From Lytechinus pictus (lineage: Eukaryota): 64,000 bases of DNA. The stretch spans positions 20,522,001 through 20,586,000 of the forward strand of contig NC_087253.1 in assembly GCF_037042905.1 (NCBI RefSeq), in the 5' to 3' direction. The position numbers were made by a program, and so were the translations under genes. This document shows positions 23,870 to 36,631 of this stretch, piece by piece (within the stretch, counting starts at the first letter, position 1; each line of letters opens with the position of its first letter). The notes under the pieces were generated by a model, which did no database searches, was not told the origin of the DNA, and worked only from the letters and a program-made list of their open reading frames with translations.

Positions 23870-24914
23870 ACATCACGCACGCAAAATGGGGAAAATGAGT
23901 GGTTAAAAAGGATCATACTGAAATAGGGTCCTTTGATTTGTAATGTACTCTTCTTCCTTTTTTTTACCAGTGCACACCTAAAATGATAATCATCATTGAT
24001 CATCGTCATATAACAAATAATAAATAATAATTGTAATAATAATAATAAAATAGTACTAATAGTAAGGAATTATAATGTTAATATAATAATTACAATAATA
24101 CCAATAATACAAATTACAGCTATTGGCGGGACGAAAAATTTAAAAAAAAGTGGAAGGAAAAATGGGAAAGGAGGGGAAAAAACAGAATAGGTAAAATAAG
24201 AGGAGGAAGACAAATGAACACAATGTGAGGGGAAGACCTGGAAAATATAATTTTTCGCTAGAACGTGCTTCGCGCTGGCATTGCCTGTTCGATGAGATAT
24301 ATTATCTTGCGGAAAATAATATTATAATGGAGCTGAAATAGTGTACAATTATGTAAATAAAAGACGACCAAACAAAAGGGTTTAATTATTAACAAATCAC
24401 AAGAGCAACAGGAGTCGAGTCAGCAATACACAGGTACCAAACACGTAGGGCTGCTAGTAGTAGACTATTTATAATTGTAGACGAAATGGTGATTGGCTAA
24501 GATGGCAATTGGACCTATTGGTGATTAGACCAAATGATTGTTAGACGAAATGGGTTTATACTAAGTGACAGTGAACCAACTGCAGTAAGACCAAATTGAA
24601 CATAGACGAAATGAAAGTAGACTAAGTGGTCATTAGACCATTTGCCTTTAGACCACTTGGCTATTGGACTAAATGGTGAAAGACATAATAAAAATTGACA
24701 AAATGGCAATTAGACCAATTGGCCAAAACACGCAATTAGACCAATTGGCTATTACACCAAAATGATAATAGACGAAATGGTTATTAAACCAACTGGCTAT
24801 TAGGCATGATGGTAATTGGACGATGTGGATAGTGGACCAAGTGATGGTAGACGAAATGACATTAGACCATGTGGTGAGTGGACAAGAAGGCAGTAGACGA
24901 AATGGCAATAAACC
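23387..24914. mobile_element. Non-autonomous TIR element of the same family as 1014-1413; duplicate at 59917-61446
   Basis: ggtaaattgcc ... ggcaataaacc with long inverted arrays of short repeats. Confidence 0.7.
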
Positions 24915-25103
24915 TTATTTTCAACCATTTTCTTTCAGATACGACATAAAAGGAAAGAGGGTATCGCCTCATCCCATTGATACACAGATGGGGGCTTAGG
25001 CCATTAGCCCTGCGGACCTCGCCTCTTCAGTGGCGAACGTGCTCGGACTACCGCAGTAAGGGGGCCATTGACTCCTTTTCACGAGCAAAAAAACTAAGAG
25101 GAA

Positions 25104-28100
25104 AATAATATAATAATATATGTGATTTGTAATGCGCCAAATCCACTCGGCAGAGTGCCCAAGGCGCAGTGAAAGAAGAAAGAAAGAACGAAAGAGAACA
25201 GGTACAAATATAATAGTAATAGATTCAGGAACAATTAAGAGTAAGAGGCATTGAATAGACGAGTCTTAAGGTAACGTTTAAATGTATCAATGGACGTGCA
25301 TTCACGGATTGTCAGGGGAAGATCATTCCATAGAACAGGGCCAGCGTGAGCAAAAGAATCAGGGTACTAATGGATAATTCGTTTTTCATTCCCGATCATT
25401 GCAGAGCAAAAACGGAAGTCAACCTCATGGTTCGGTCTTTGAAAACACAAAAACGAAATCACAACGAGAAAAACCTGTTGTGATTTCGTTTTTTGGAGAT
25501 CAAAAACAGAAGAATGAAAGCAGAAATACTTTTGGGCTCTTTCTGATACCTCATTCTATACTTGTGTTTGTTATATATCAAAAACAAAATCAGAACACAC
25601 TTTCTACCCCCTGATTCTGTTTGGAAAAACGCAGACAGCGAAAACGAAATCGGGTACTCGCTTTCCACAACCTGCTCTGTGATTTTGTCTTTCGCACAGC
25701 CAACAGCCATAATATATCGAAATACACCGGCAGGAAGTTGGTTGGATGTTCGATATTCGATATTCAAACTGTGAAGTTGGTTTGATATTCAGATTCGATA
25801 TTCAAAAATTAGGGGTCTTGAAAGCTAACTAGGGGGTTAAACAGGTGCAGCACGTCTCGGGCATCCATAACAACACTTGCCTGCCCTAGTAGGAGGACAT
25901 TCAGGGGACAAACGTAAGTGAATAAAAGGGCAGAATTTTTTTTTTCTTTTTCTTTTCGAGGGCCCCCCAGGGATATCCCGACGGCCTATCCAGGGCAACC
26001 ATGTATCATATCTTGTAGAACTCGACTCGGGCAATCAGATAAACACTAGCTTGACCCGGCGCATGCACATTTAGGGGGCTCAAATTAACAAAATTAAAGG
26101 GAATAAAGGGCTATTTATCGCATTTTAAAAATTAAATAAAGTATTTTTTCAAGGGGCTCCCAGGGATATCCCGACGGCCTAGCCAGGGTAACCACGTATC
26201 CTAACTTGTAGAACTCGACTCGGGCAACCAGATACACACTAGCTTGACCCGTTGCATGCAGTGGCGTAACAGGGGTTGGTGGCTGGGAGGGGGGGGGGGG
26301 CAAGAACCAAGAATTTCCCGGTCACATCATAAAGCAGGCAATGGAGTCATAAGGCAAAAATTTTGAGGGGGCGATATTATGGAGTATCGGACAAAAATAT
26401 ATATATGCGAGCGAGCGGAGCGATCGAGCCAAAATTTTGACATTTTAATGGCAAAAATTCAATTTTGTGATAGATTTTGACATAGTGTTAAAAAGATAAT
26501 ATAATACCTTTTGTACGCCACGGTGAAAAGGATTTTTGTTATGATTGTGCCCATCAGGGCGAAGCCCTATATGCTCGAGGGTGCCCAGTATGGCGCTTAT
26601 GGCAAGAAGTAGCTTAATATAAGTCCGGAGCGAGCGAAGCGAGCGAGATAGAAAAAATACCTTTTCATGAGAATCTAACATGAAGATAGATTTTGACGTG
26701 ATATTCAGAAAAATATTAAACACTTTTCCTTTGCTTTTCTTTCTTTCCTCTTTTTTTGTTTGGTCGTAGAACTTCTGGGGGCCATGGTCCAAACTCATAC
26801 AACAATGCTTTATGAGTGGGGTCCGGGGTGGAGCCCCGGAACCTCTTGATATTAAAGCCATTTTAAACCTGGCAGATTTGAATTTTAATCAAATTGCGTG
26901 TATATTTATATAGCTTTCACACTACACATAAATTCAGTGCTGCAGTTGTGTACCGTAATCATCCAAATATTTTGAGGGGGCCTGTAGCTACCATAGCAAA
27001 TGTGGGAAAATTTGTAAAAAGTCGCCAGCGAGCGAAGCGAGCCAGAAGAAAAATGGCCTTTTGAAATAAAATTCAATTGTGTGATAGAATTTTACATCAT
27101 AGCAAATATCATGTCTTATATTTTTTCATTTCATTCATCTCATTTCGCTGCCTCCTTCATATTCTTTTATTTCCCATTGGCTGTGGAACCAATCCCCCCC
27201 CTACGCCAGTGCTTCAACGCAAAGGCTAATGCAGGAAGTGTCCATATAGGGGGCCGTTATATAGAGCCCTTTAAAAGTTACAGGTTAAGAGCCTCCACTG
27301 CACGGGGTCTTGACTCTTGGACAGAGCCCCCGGTAGCTTTGGATATTTAGCAAGTTTATAATAGACTTTCATACGAAATTATGCTATATACCATCCATCT
27401 TTTTTTCCCGCTCGTTATCTTCAATCCTCAGCAGCCCGGTAGTAATATCTTGTCCCTTTTTTTTATTTTCCAATTTAGATTTTGCCTCATTCCATTCTAC
27501 CTTCACTCGCTTTTGTTTGCCTTTTTGTCATCTTTAATTTATTTCCCTGTCTTTTAAAATGATTTTGAAATTAAATTCTAATTATGTGATAGTCGCTTTG
27601 GAAATTTAGTCGATCAATCAATCAATCAATCAATCAATCAATGCAGTTGTGTACCGTAATCATCTAAATATTTTGAGGGGGCACACCATAGCAAATGTGG
27701 GAAAATTTGTAAAAAAAAGTCGCCAGCGAGCGAAGCGAGCCAGAAGAAAAATGGCATTTTGAAATAAAATTGTAATTATGTGATAGGTTTTTACATCATA
27801 GCAAATATCATGTCTTATATATTTTTTAAAAATATTTTATTCATCTCATTTCGCTGCCTCCTTCATTTTCTTTTATTTCCCCTTGGCCTCCCCCCCCCCC
27901 CCCCCCCGGGGGGGGGAAATCCTAGCTACGCCACTGTCTGTGAAGGTCCGAAAACGCTGGAAAAAGCCACGTGGTCGCATCATGCATGCACTGTACTGCG
28001 TGCACGTGTGTGTAACGTATTTCGATATGGCTGTTGGCTGTGCGAAAGACAAAATCACAGAGCAAGAAGTGGAAAGCGAGTACCCGATTTCGTTTTCGCT

Positions 28101-28663
28101 GTCTGCGTTTTTCCAAACAGAATCAGGGGGTAGAAAGTGTGTGCTGATTTTGTTTTTGATATATAACAAACACAAGTATAGAATGAGGTATCAGAAAGAG
28201 CCCAAAAGTATTTCTGATTTCATTCTTCTGTTTTTGATCTCCAAAAACGAAATCGCAACAGGTTTTTCTCGTTGTGATTTCGTTTTTGTGTTTTCAAAGA
28301 CCGAACCATGAGGTTGACTTCCGTTTTTGCTCTGCAATGATCGGGAATGAAAAACGAATTATCCATTAGTACCCTGATTCAAAAGCCCGAACCCCCCATG
28401 TCTTAACTGATTTAGGAATAACTAGAGAACCAGAGTTTGATGAACGTAGGGACCTGACTGGAGTGTATTTGCTGATTAGATTAATATTGTACTGTGGAGC
28501 AGAGCCGTTAATTGCATGGAATACAAGGAGAAGGATTTTGAAGATGATACGATCGTTGACCTTTAACCAATGTAGAGATTTCAGAATGGGTGTGATATGA
28601 ACATGTTTTTTAGATAGGGTGACCAAGCGCGCTGCAGCGTTCTGGAGCTTTTGGAGTTTAGAA
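25104..28663 (-). mobile_element. L2/CR1-group LINE 3' fragment, split at 25355/28381 by a DNA element
   Basis: Reconstructed LQKLQNAAARLV...HITPILKSLHWL...WGVRAF|AHAGPVLWNDLP plus an (ATT)n 3' tail. Confidence 0.85.
25356..28380. mobile_element. Non-autonomous DNA transposon with ~365-bp TIRs
   Basis: 25356-25725 is inverted relative to 28017-28380; termini GAATCAGGG...CCCTGATTC; 4-bp TSD AAAA; no transposase ORF. Confidence 0.9.
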
Positions 28664-29563
28664 AGAAAGAAAGAAAGGTAAATCGGAAAGAAATATTAAA
28701 TATATAGTTTTTTTATATTGTAATGAAATTTATTATAAAATTATATTTTGGTATAAAAAAAGTCGCAGCTGTTTTGAGAGTTTGCCTTATACGCACATGT
28801 GCCCCCTTCATTTTTTATTTTCTTATATCATTACGACACTTCCTCGTTCACTATCACGGCTCTATGTATCCAAATCTTTGTAATTTATGTATGTGTTCTT
28901 TTCTTTCCCCTTTTCCTTCTTTTATTTTCTTCTTAGCTTTCTCTTTTCTCTTTTTTGCTCTTTCGTTTTTCTTTTCTTTTTTTTAATCCCTTTCTGTTTT
29001 ACTTCTTCCCTTTTCCATCCTCTTTTTCATTCCCTCCTCGGTGATTTCTTTCGGGTTTTTACTTCTCTATGTCATTTAAAATACTTATACTCTCGATCTT
29101 TCTTTCTTTCTTGCCCATTCCCCCTCCCCCTCTCTCTCCCTCTCCCTCTGTCCACCCCCCTTCCGAACTGTCCCTCTGCCCCCCCCCCCCCTCCCTCCGA
29201 TTCCAGAAACCGAATATATAAGGTCTGTGGAAGTGAAATCTAATGCTGCCATCTACGGTAAATTATCCTCATGCATTATAAGCGGATGTCAAAGAGGGCA
29301 CTGTCATAAAATATTTTGATTGATTGATAACGAATTTATTCATTCCAAAATTTCAACAAGGTTACAAAGTAATTTCGGTGACAAAACAAGTGTTCGCCCA
29401 ACAAAGAAAAAAAATAATAAATGACGGCAATTTTCTTGTCTTAACTTGTCAATTTCATAACTTAAAAAAATAATTTAAAAAAATCGCCACTGGGCTGCAC
29501 GTTGCCGTATGAGTAAATTAGTGTAAAGATGGTGGCATTGCGTCCGTTAGATGATATGACCCA

Positions 29564-30941
29564 CACACAAAAAACGAGAACTATTTTCCATGAGTAAAAT
29601 TGTTTTTTACATAAAGAATTAAGTGCAAAAATTCGTAACGTATGTGTTTTTACTCGAGAATCTGGGTTTCTGTTACACCTGATCTTTTTTTCAAGGACAT
29701 TACTTATTAACTACTTTTCTTGAGTATCCCTGTCAGTGAAAGTATGTAAAACAATCCGTACAAATGAGTTTTTCTTCAAGTTTGTAAGGTATGATAGCAG
29801 AACGGGTGAAAAAACTCACAGCCAGGTAAAGCGATAATCTGACGATTAACTGCGCTGAGAAAATGAGTAGTATATGACTCTTGTATGTGAGTTTTGGGGT
29901 GTTGAGATCATGCATCCAAGTAATTTTACTCGGATCTCGCGTTAATTGCTTGCGCGCACACGTGATACCGGCCAAATGTGCAGAGCATGAAGACTTTTCT
30001 GGTAAGTTCTACATGTCTTTTTATTTATTTTCCCCCTTTTCTTCTATAATTACTTTTCTTGACAATAATAGCTTAGACCTACATGTATGGGGCAAACATA
30101 AATGCTATTTATGGTGACAACAGGGTGCATTGATCTACATTCTCATCCATCCGAGGCTCACGCCTCTCGGTTTGGGTAACCACACACCAGCCTGTTGTTG
30201 CGCCGCTACCCCGGGGCCAGAAGGGAGTGAAGGCCAGTGTGCCGCTACGATTGCTGGAGTCATTTATGAGGAGGGCAAATAAGTGACATCGTCCATGATT
30301 TATGTAATCATACCCAAACCGAGAGGCGTGAGCCTCGGATGGATGAGAATGTAGATCAATGCACCCTGTTGTCACCATAAATAGCATTTATGTTTGCCCC
30401 ATACATGTAGGTCTAAGCTATTATTGTCAAGAAAAGTAATTATAGAAGAAAAGGGGGAAAATAAATAAAAAGACATGTAGAACTTACCAGAAAAATCTTC
30501 ATGCTCTGCACATTTGGCCGGTATCACGTGTGCGCGCAAGCAATTAACGCGAGATCCGAGTAAAATTACTTGGATGCATGATCTCAACACCCCAAAACTC
30601 ACATACAAGAGTCATATACTACTCATTTTCTCAGCGCAGTTAATCGTCAGATTATCGCTAAAACTAATCAAGTGTGTAATATGCTCACATACTCAAAAAG
30701 TCAGTAAATATACTTTAAACATACTCATTACACTGGGTTAAGTTACTCATTAGATTGAGTTATTCAAATTTACTCACTTGATGTGTCACTATAGTGTCAA
30801 ATGAAATATACTCGACAAGATGAGTTTTCAAAGTACCTTCATTGAGTGAAAGTACTCATCAAAGTATGTCGCTATAGTGTCAAAATTATTTTGACATTTG
30901 AGTACGATTACTAACACATGCAAGTTTCTGTTTTTTGTGTG
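29564..30941. mobile_element. CACTA/EnSpm-type non-autonomous element
   Basis: Perfect 12-bp TIR CACACAAAAAAC; 2-bp TSD CA; many TACTCA/TGAGTA subterminal motifs; empty site at ~63058. Confidence 0.85.
29830..30659. repeat. Long internal inverted repeat: 349-bp arms (29830-30178, 30311-30659), 132-bp spacer
   Basis: One mismatch seen between the arms; mirrored ORFs in the ORF track. Confidence 0.95.
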
Positions 30942-31523
30942 CATGCTACGTGTATGTGAAAACATACTTTTGCTAAAAAAAGCCTTTTCATTTTCCTCTG
31001 CGTTGATTGCAATATAAGAATAATTTGCATTGCTTGCGTACTCAGTAAAATGAATAGTTTTCACAAAGTATGACATTATAATTTTATTCGTTCGCAGGGA
31101 ATTTTATATAATTCCCAAGAAATTTGTTTTGAAATAATTTATCAACGCAACTTTTATATTCAATTTTTACACAAAGTCCCTACCGTGGGAGGGGGTAGTG
31201 AGAGGGGCGAAGTGCCCCCCCCCCACCCCCTATTGTGGTGCAAAAAGAGGAAGGAGATTATAAGAACAAGAAAAATAATAATAAATAAGAGGTGAAAAAT
31301 AATTGAATGAAATAAGGGGAGGGACTAATTGGGGGACTCTTTCAGGTCATTATATATAAAAAAAAAAAAATGAAACTTTGCTCGCGCTCGCGAAAGCTTA
31401 CTGCTGAGAGAGATTATAATTTGATTGAGAGGGAAGCTTTAGAATAGTTTTCAAATCAATATGCATATGAATTTCGAGTTTTCATTACTGTCTTTTGTCG
31501 AAATTCGCACTCTTTTCATGATT

Positions 31524-31615
31524 AAATGGTGAATGGTGGTGACTTTTTACCTGATTGCTAGGAAAGCATAAATTCTTGTAAGCAAGCAACCAGAGGACCG
31601 ATGGCCTAAGGTCCT
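31524..31615 (-). mobile_element. 3' part of the SINE seen at 63642-63924, truncated at a duplication junction
   Basis: Matches 63642-63733, then switches to array-unit sequence homologous to ~3975. Confidence 0.65.
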
Positions 31616-34600
31616 CTACTCTACATATTTCAAATTTCTTAAAGGTGGTGATACTTCAGATTTGAAATACGATGATTGGAATAAAATGATAAAGGAAATT
31701 TAGATTAAGAACATACTGGAAATCTCATCAAAAGCGTACGAGGAAATACAACGTTATGACAACTTAAATTCTGCAGTATTTCGGTGAAACAGTTTTTTTT
31801 TTAGGAATAAATCTTATGCAATGAGCAAGCCGATGATATCATCTTTCTGCTTTTGTATATTTGTTTCAATATATGAAATCTTTTATTTTTATAATCCAAG
31901 AATGTCAAAAATTAGATTGATTTCTGATGTAGGTTTATTTTGTAAGATAGCCAGGGTAAGAAAAAAGTTACATTGTAGCAAGGATAGTAAGTGGAAAGAG
32001 ATCGAGGAGTAACAAGCAAAGAGAAAACAAAGAAAAGACTGAAGAGGGAAAGATAAATAGAAGGGAAGAGGTAAAACAGAAAGGGATTAAGTAGAAAAGG
32101 AGAAAATGAGTGAGAAAAAAAACAAGAATCAGAAACTAAAGAGAGAGAGAGAAAGAGAGATGATAAAAGAAGAAAAACAAAATAAAGAACATCAAACTAT
32201 ATTTTTAAAAAGGAATGCCATTGGACGAGAAAGCAAACGAGTCGTTCTTCCGTATTCTCCCTTACGCACCTGATTAGGGCATTCTCGCAATCATTTCGCA
32301 GAGGCTTTCTACAACACAGATAATATTTTGACTATAGCTCTTCATAACAAAACAGCCTTTGTCGAAAATCAGTGAATCAAATCAGCAGTGTCGTCCTGGA
32401 TTCTATAAAGGCAAACAGCACATTAGTTATATTTCGTCCGGTCCCAGTCTTAGGACGATGTAGGCCTACTATCACGGTCCACCAACTTTCGACAATGACC
32501 TCTAGTCTGTCCATTGTAATTTGACAGGCATTATTAATAGATTATCAACGTTCCAGAAGGGGTTTCCTGCTTCCTTTCTCTATCAATTTTTTTTTCTTCC
32601 TCCGTTCATTCCTTCTTTCCTTCCTTCCTTTTTTTCTTCCGTTCTTTTTTTCTTTCTTTATTCCATCCNNNNNNNNNNNNNNNNNNNNNNNNNNNNNNNN
32701 NNNNNNNNNNNNNNNNNNNNNNNNNNNNNNNNNNNNNNNNNNNNNNNNNNNNNNNNNNNNNNNNNNNNNNNNNNNNNNNNNNNNNNNNNNNNNNNNNNNN
32801 NNNNNNNNNNNNNNNNNNNNNNNNNNNNNNNNNNNNNNNNNNNNNNNNNNNNNNNNNNNNNNNNNNNNNNNNNNNNNNNNNNNNNNNNNNNNNNNNNNNN
32901 NNNNNNNNNNNNNNNNNNNNNNNNNNNNNNNNNNNNNNNNNNNNNNNNNNNNNNNNNNNNNNNNNNNNNNNNNNNNNNNNNNNNNNNNNNNNNNNNNNNN
33001 NNNNNNNNNNNNNNNNNNNNNNNNNNNNNNNNNNNNNNNNNNNNNNNNNNNNNNNNNNNNNNNNNNNNNNNNNNNNNNNNNNNNNNNNNNNNNNNNNNNN
33101 NNNNNNNNNNNNNNNNNNNNNNNNNNNNNNNNNNNNNNNNNNNNNNNNNNNNNNNNNNNNNNTTTCCTAAACAAGTCAATACTAAACTACTGGCACATCG
33201 ATAAAAAAAAACCACTTTATTTATCAATCGAGTACATAAGAAGAATGTGTTACGTGCTCATCTAAGGTATTTATTTCATTAAAATCGGAAAAATACAATT
33301 CAATAAAACAATGATAATAATAACAGCCAAATTAGATAAAATATTGATCTGAATTGTTATTAGAGTTTTATAACACATAAGCTTTTTTTTTATTAAGATG
33401 TTATGTCATATTATTACTCTTCCATATTTCGAAATTTCATTTCATTCATTAAATTTCCAAAATTCACAATATATTTTGGGGGTTCGTACATCTTAAGAAA
33501 TAAAACGTAAAGCAAATTTCTAAAAATTATATATTCAAGAGTATCATACACACGGGTTTGGAATTATCAAATTGGTGATCGAATCTCTTTTAAATTATTG
33601 TAATAAAGAACATAATTGATTTATCTTTGAATAAACTGATTCTACGGGTAAACTTGTTCTGTAGAGCTCATGTGAGCAGGGTTATTAAAAAGTTAAATGT
33701 TATTCTTCCTAGATTTGTATGTCATTATTCTTGATCATATTTGTGTGAAGATCAGACATTGCATTCATAAGGGCCATATCACCAAACGTAGTAGGTAGCA
33801 ACCCTCGGCAGTGTTGCTGCCCTCTACGATCGTTGGACCATCTCTTCCTTCTCAATGGTAAGACCAATTAAAATCGTTTTCTCTTCAACCTGGATATTCA
33901 GGTTACACTCCACGATTCTTAATAAAATATAATTTCTGCTAAAATAAGTTTACATGCAGACAATACAACAAATAATGATATACAGTTTGATTTTTTTTCC
34001 GTGTAAATGACAAGTCATATCTGACGGGATCTTCTATCGAATTAAATCCTCTACAAAAGGGAAAATCTGATTTAGAAATTGTAAATTGCCTTATTTAATA
34101 GATATCATAATCTTAATATTATTTCAAAATCTATTTCGATTATTTAAGTTTCATTTGAATTCGTGATTTTTTTTTTAAATTGAACTATATACAAAGCAAA
34201 ATATTAAAAATAAAATAATGGAGTACCTATAAAAAAAAAAAACATCAGACTTGTGTGAATGGACCAAATTGACATCCATTACATGTAACTCTTTACGCCT
34301 ATACTATTACTGTACAATTTTTGCGCCATCGTCTGAAATACAATAGAGTTATTTTTGCGTTTCAAAATCGACTTATTCCAAATAATTGCATTATCAAATT
34401 GAACGATATACTTCGAAAAGTAGTAGTGTAGTTCAACCATTTCTGCATCAAATGCAGGTAAATTTATTTGTAAACACTAGGCCTATCCATGTACGTATGT
34501 CTACCAGAAAAAAGAATACATTGTAAAGATTATGGTAATTATTATTTCTATTTCTGCAAAGATTAGAGTTATACATAGATCAACACTTATATACACTTTT

Positions 34601-36631
34601 TATATCAATTGTAAACATCTTACCGCCACCATGGTCATTACTAGTCAAATATTATATTACATGTACATGAATGGAGAATCGCTTGTTTTCTCATAAAATG
34701 TCTAATAACATTATGCCTGAAATACAAGAACTAGAAATTTCCCAACATAGGATAAACACAATGAAGATGATGCTTGATAATAGCAAAGCTCAAAATAAAA
34801 ATTGAGGTCAATTGACGTTGCTTTTTTATGCATTTTTGTGCTATTTTCTGAAATGCCGGCATTTTTTTCTTTTAGTGTTACACATTCAAGTTATTCAATA
34901 TAATAGCATTTTGAAATTGAAGTACTTCGCAAAAAAAATGAAGAGTGTTGATCAGACCATTTCCATGAAGGTTATATTTATATATTTACACATTATAATC
35001 ATGTCTAGATAGAATCATAGCCTAGAATCACGATATATTCCAACTTATGCATAAAACTACAAGTATACGCGCATAAACAGTATAGCATAATATACCCTCT
35101 TTTGATATCAATGACAAAGACCTCACACACCCCATGGTCATTACTAGTCAAATATTATATACAGTCATGTATATGAATAGAGAAACATTTGGTTTGTCAT
35201 ACAATATTTAACAACATTGTGTCTGATATGCAAGTACTAGAACTTCCCCACACAGAATAAACATGATAAAGATAATGCTTGTTACATGCAAAGTTGAAAA
35301 TAAAAAGATGTAAGCAGCGAAATGCTTTTTATGGATGAAAAACGAGAGAGAAATGATCCATCAACGGTTTCTTGTACTTCTATATAATAGCGGCTTACTT
35401 TAACAGAAAATGCCAACTCAGTGAGAATCATCTTTAAAAGGGAAAATCCGATGTAGACATTTTAAATTACATTATTAAATATCTCATAATTCTGAATATT
35501 ATGTCAAAATCTATTTCGTTTATCTCCGTTTCATTTCAATTCGGTAATTTTCACAATATTGAAATATATACAAAACAATAAAAATAATAATGGTGTACCT
35601 ATAAAAAAAAATTCAGGTTGTGAGGATGATCCGAATTGACATCCCTTAACTCATTACGCCTATACTATTACTGTACATTTTTTGGTGCCATTGTCTGAAA
35701 TACAATAAGGTTATTTGTGTTTGTTTCATAATCGAGTTATTCTTGCATTGAACTATATATCTAACAAAAAGTAGTAGTGTAATTCAAACCATTTCCGCGT
35801 CAAATACAGTGAAAACTATTTGTACACAGTAGACCTAAACATAATACGTATGTCTACCAGCTAAAAAAAAAATTGAGATCCACTGACTATGCCTTTTCTA
35901 TCAATTTTTCGTGCGATTTTCTGAAATACAATAAGTTTTTTAGTGTTTCACATTCAAGTTATTCCATATAATTGCATTTTGAAATTGAAGTACTTCGAAA
36001 GATGTTGAAGAGTGTAGATCAGACCATTTCCATGAAGGTAATATTTATATATTTACACATTATAATCATGTCTAGATAGAATAATAGCATAGGATAACGA
36101 TACATGTATATTTATACTACAAGTATACGCGAACAAACAGTATAGCATAATATACACTCTTTTAGGGACGAGAGCTAAAAAATCATAGCATTCCCCCTGC
36201 AGGCTTCCCCTAAAGCACGCTCCAATTAAGAAGCCCATGCCCCCTGCAGGCGGTCATCACTTGCTCTTTAAAATGGTTGATATATCACTACCACCATGAT
36301 CATTACTATACTCAAATTTTATTTACGTTTATATGGATCGAGAATCATTTGATTTCTAATGAAATATCTAATAACATTATGTCTGATATTCAAGTAGGAG
36401 AATTTTCCCCACACAGGATACACATGATAAAGAGGATGCTTGGTACATGCAAAGCTGAAAATAAAAAGATATAAGCAGTAACAGCGAATATGTTTTTATG
36501 GGTGAGAAACGAGAAAGAAAATGATCCGACAACTGTTTCATACTTTAGCAGGAAATGGCAACAGTGGGTTTAACCCCCCCCCCCCTCCCCTGTGATATTG
36601 TGATATCATATGTAAATGTTGATGTCATCTA

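Noticed and set aside
23387-24914. Regularly spaced short repeats suggestive of a CRISPR-like array
   Set aside because: Degenerate, contiguous and inverted between the two ends, so they are subterminal repeats of a TIR element; eukaryotic context with no cas genes.
29733-30741. Pairs of identical ORFs on opposite strands
   Set aside because: A consequence of the inverted repeat; no recognisable domain.
32521-33227. Long ORFs containing X runs (also ~6835, 41927-42772, 51600-52180, 61783-62218)
   Set aside because: Artefacts of N gaps, which mostly fall in homologous simple-repeat tracts.
36164-36268. ~105-bp insertion unique to the 3' flank of copy 3 with two CCCCTGCAGGC motifs
   Set aside because: A real indel, but no convincing TIR or TSD to classify it.
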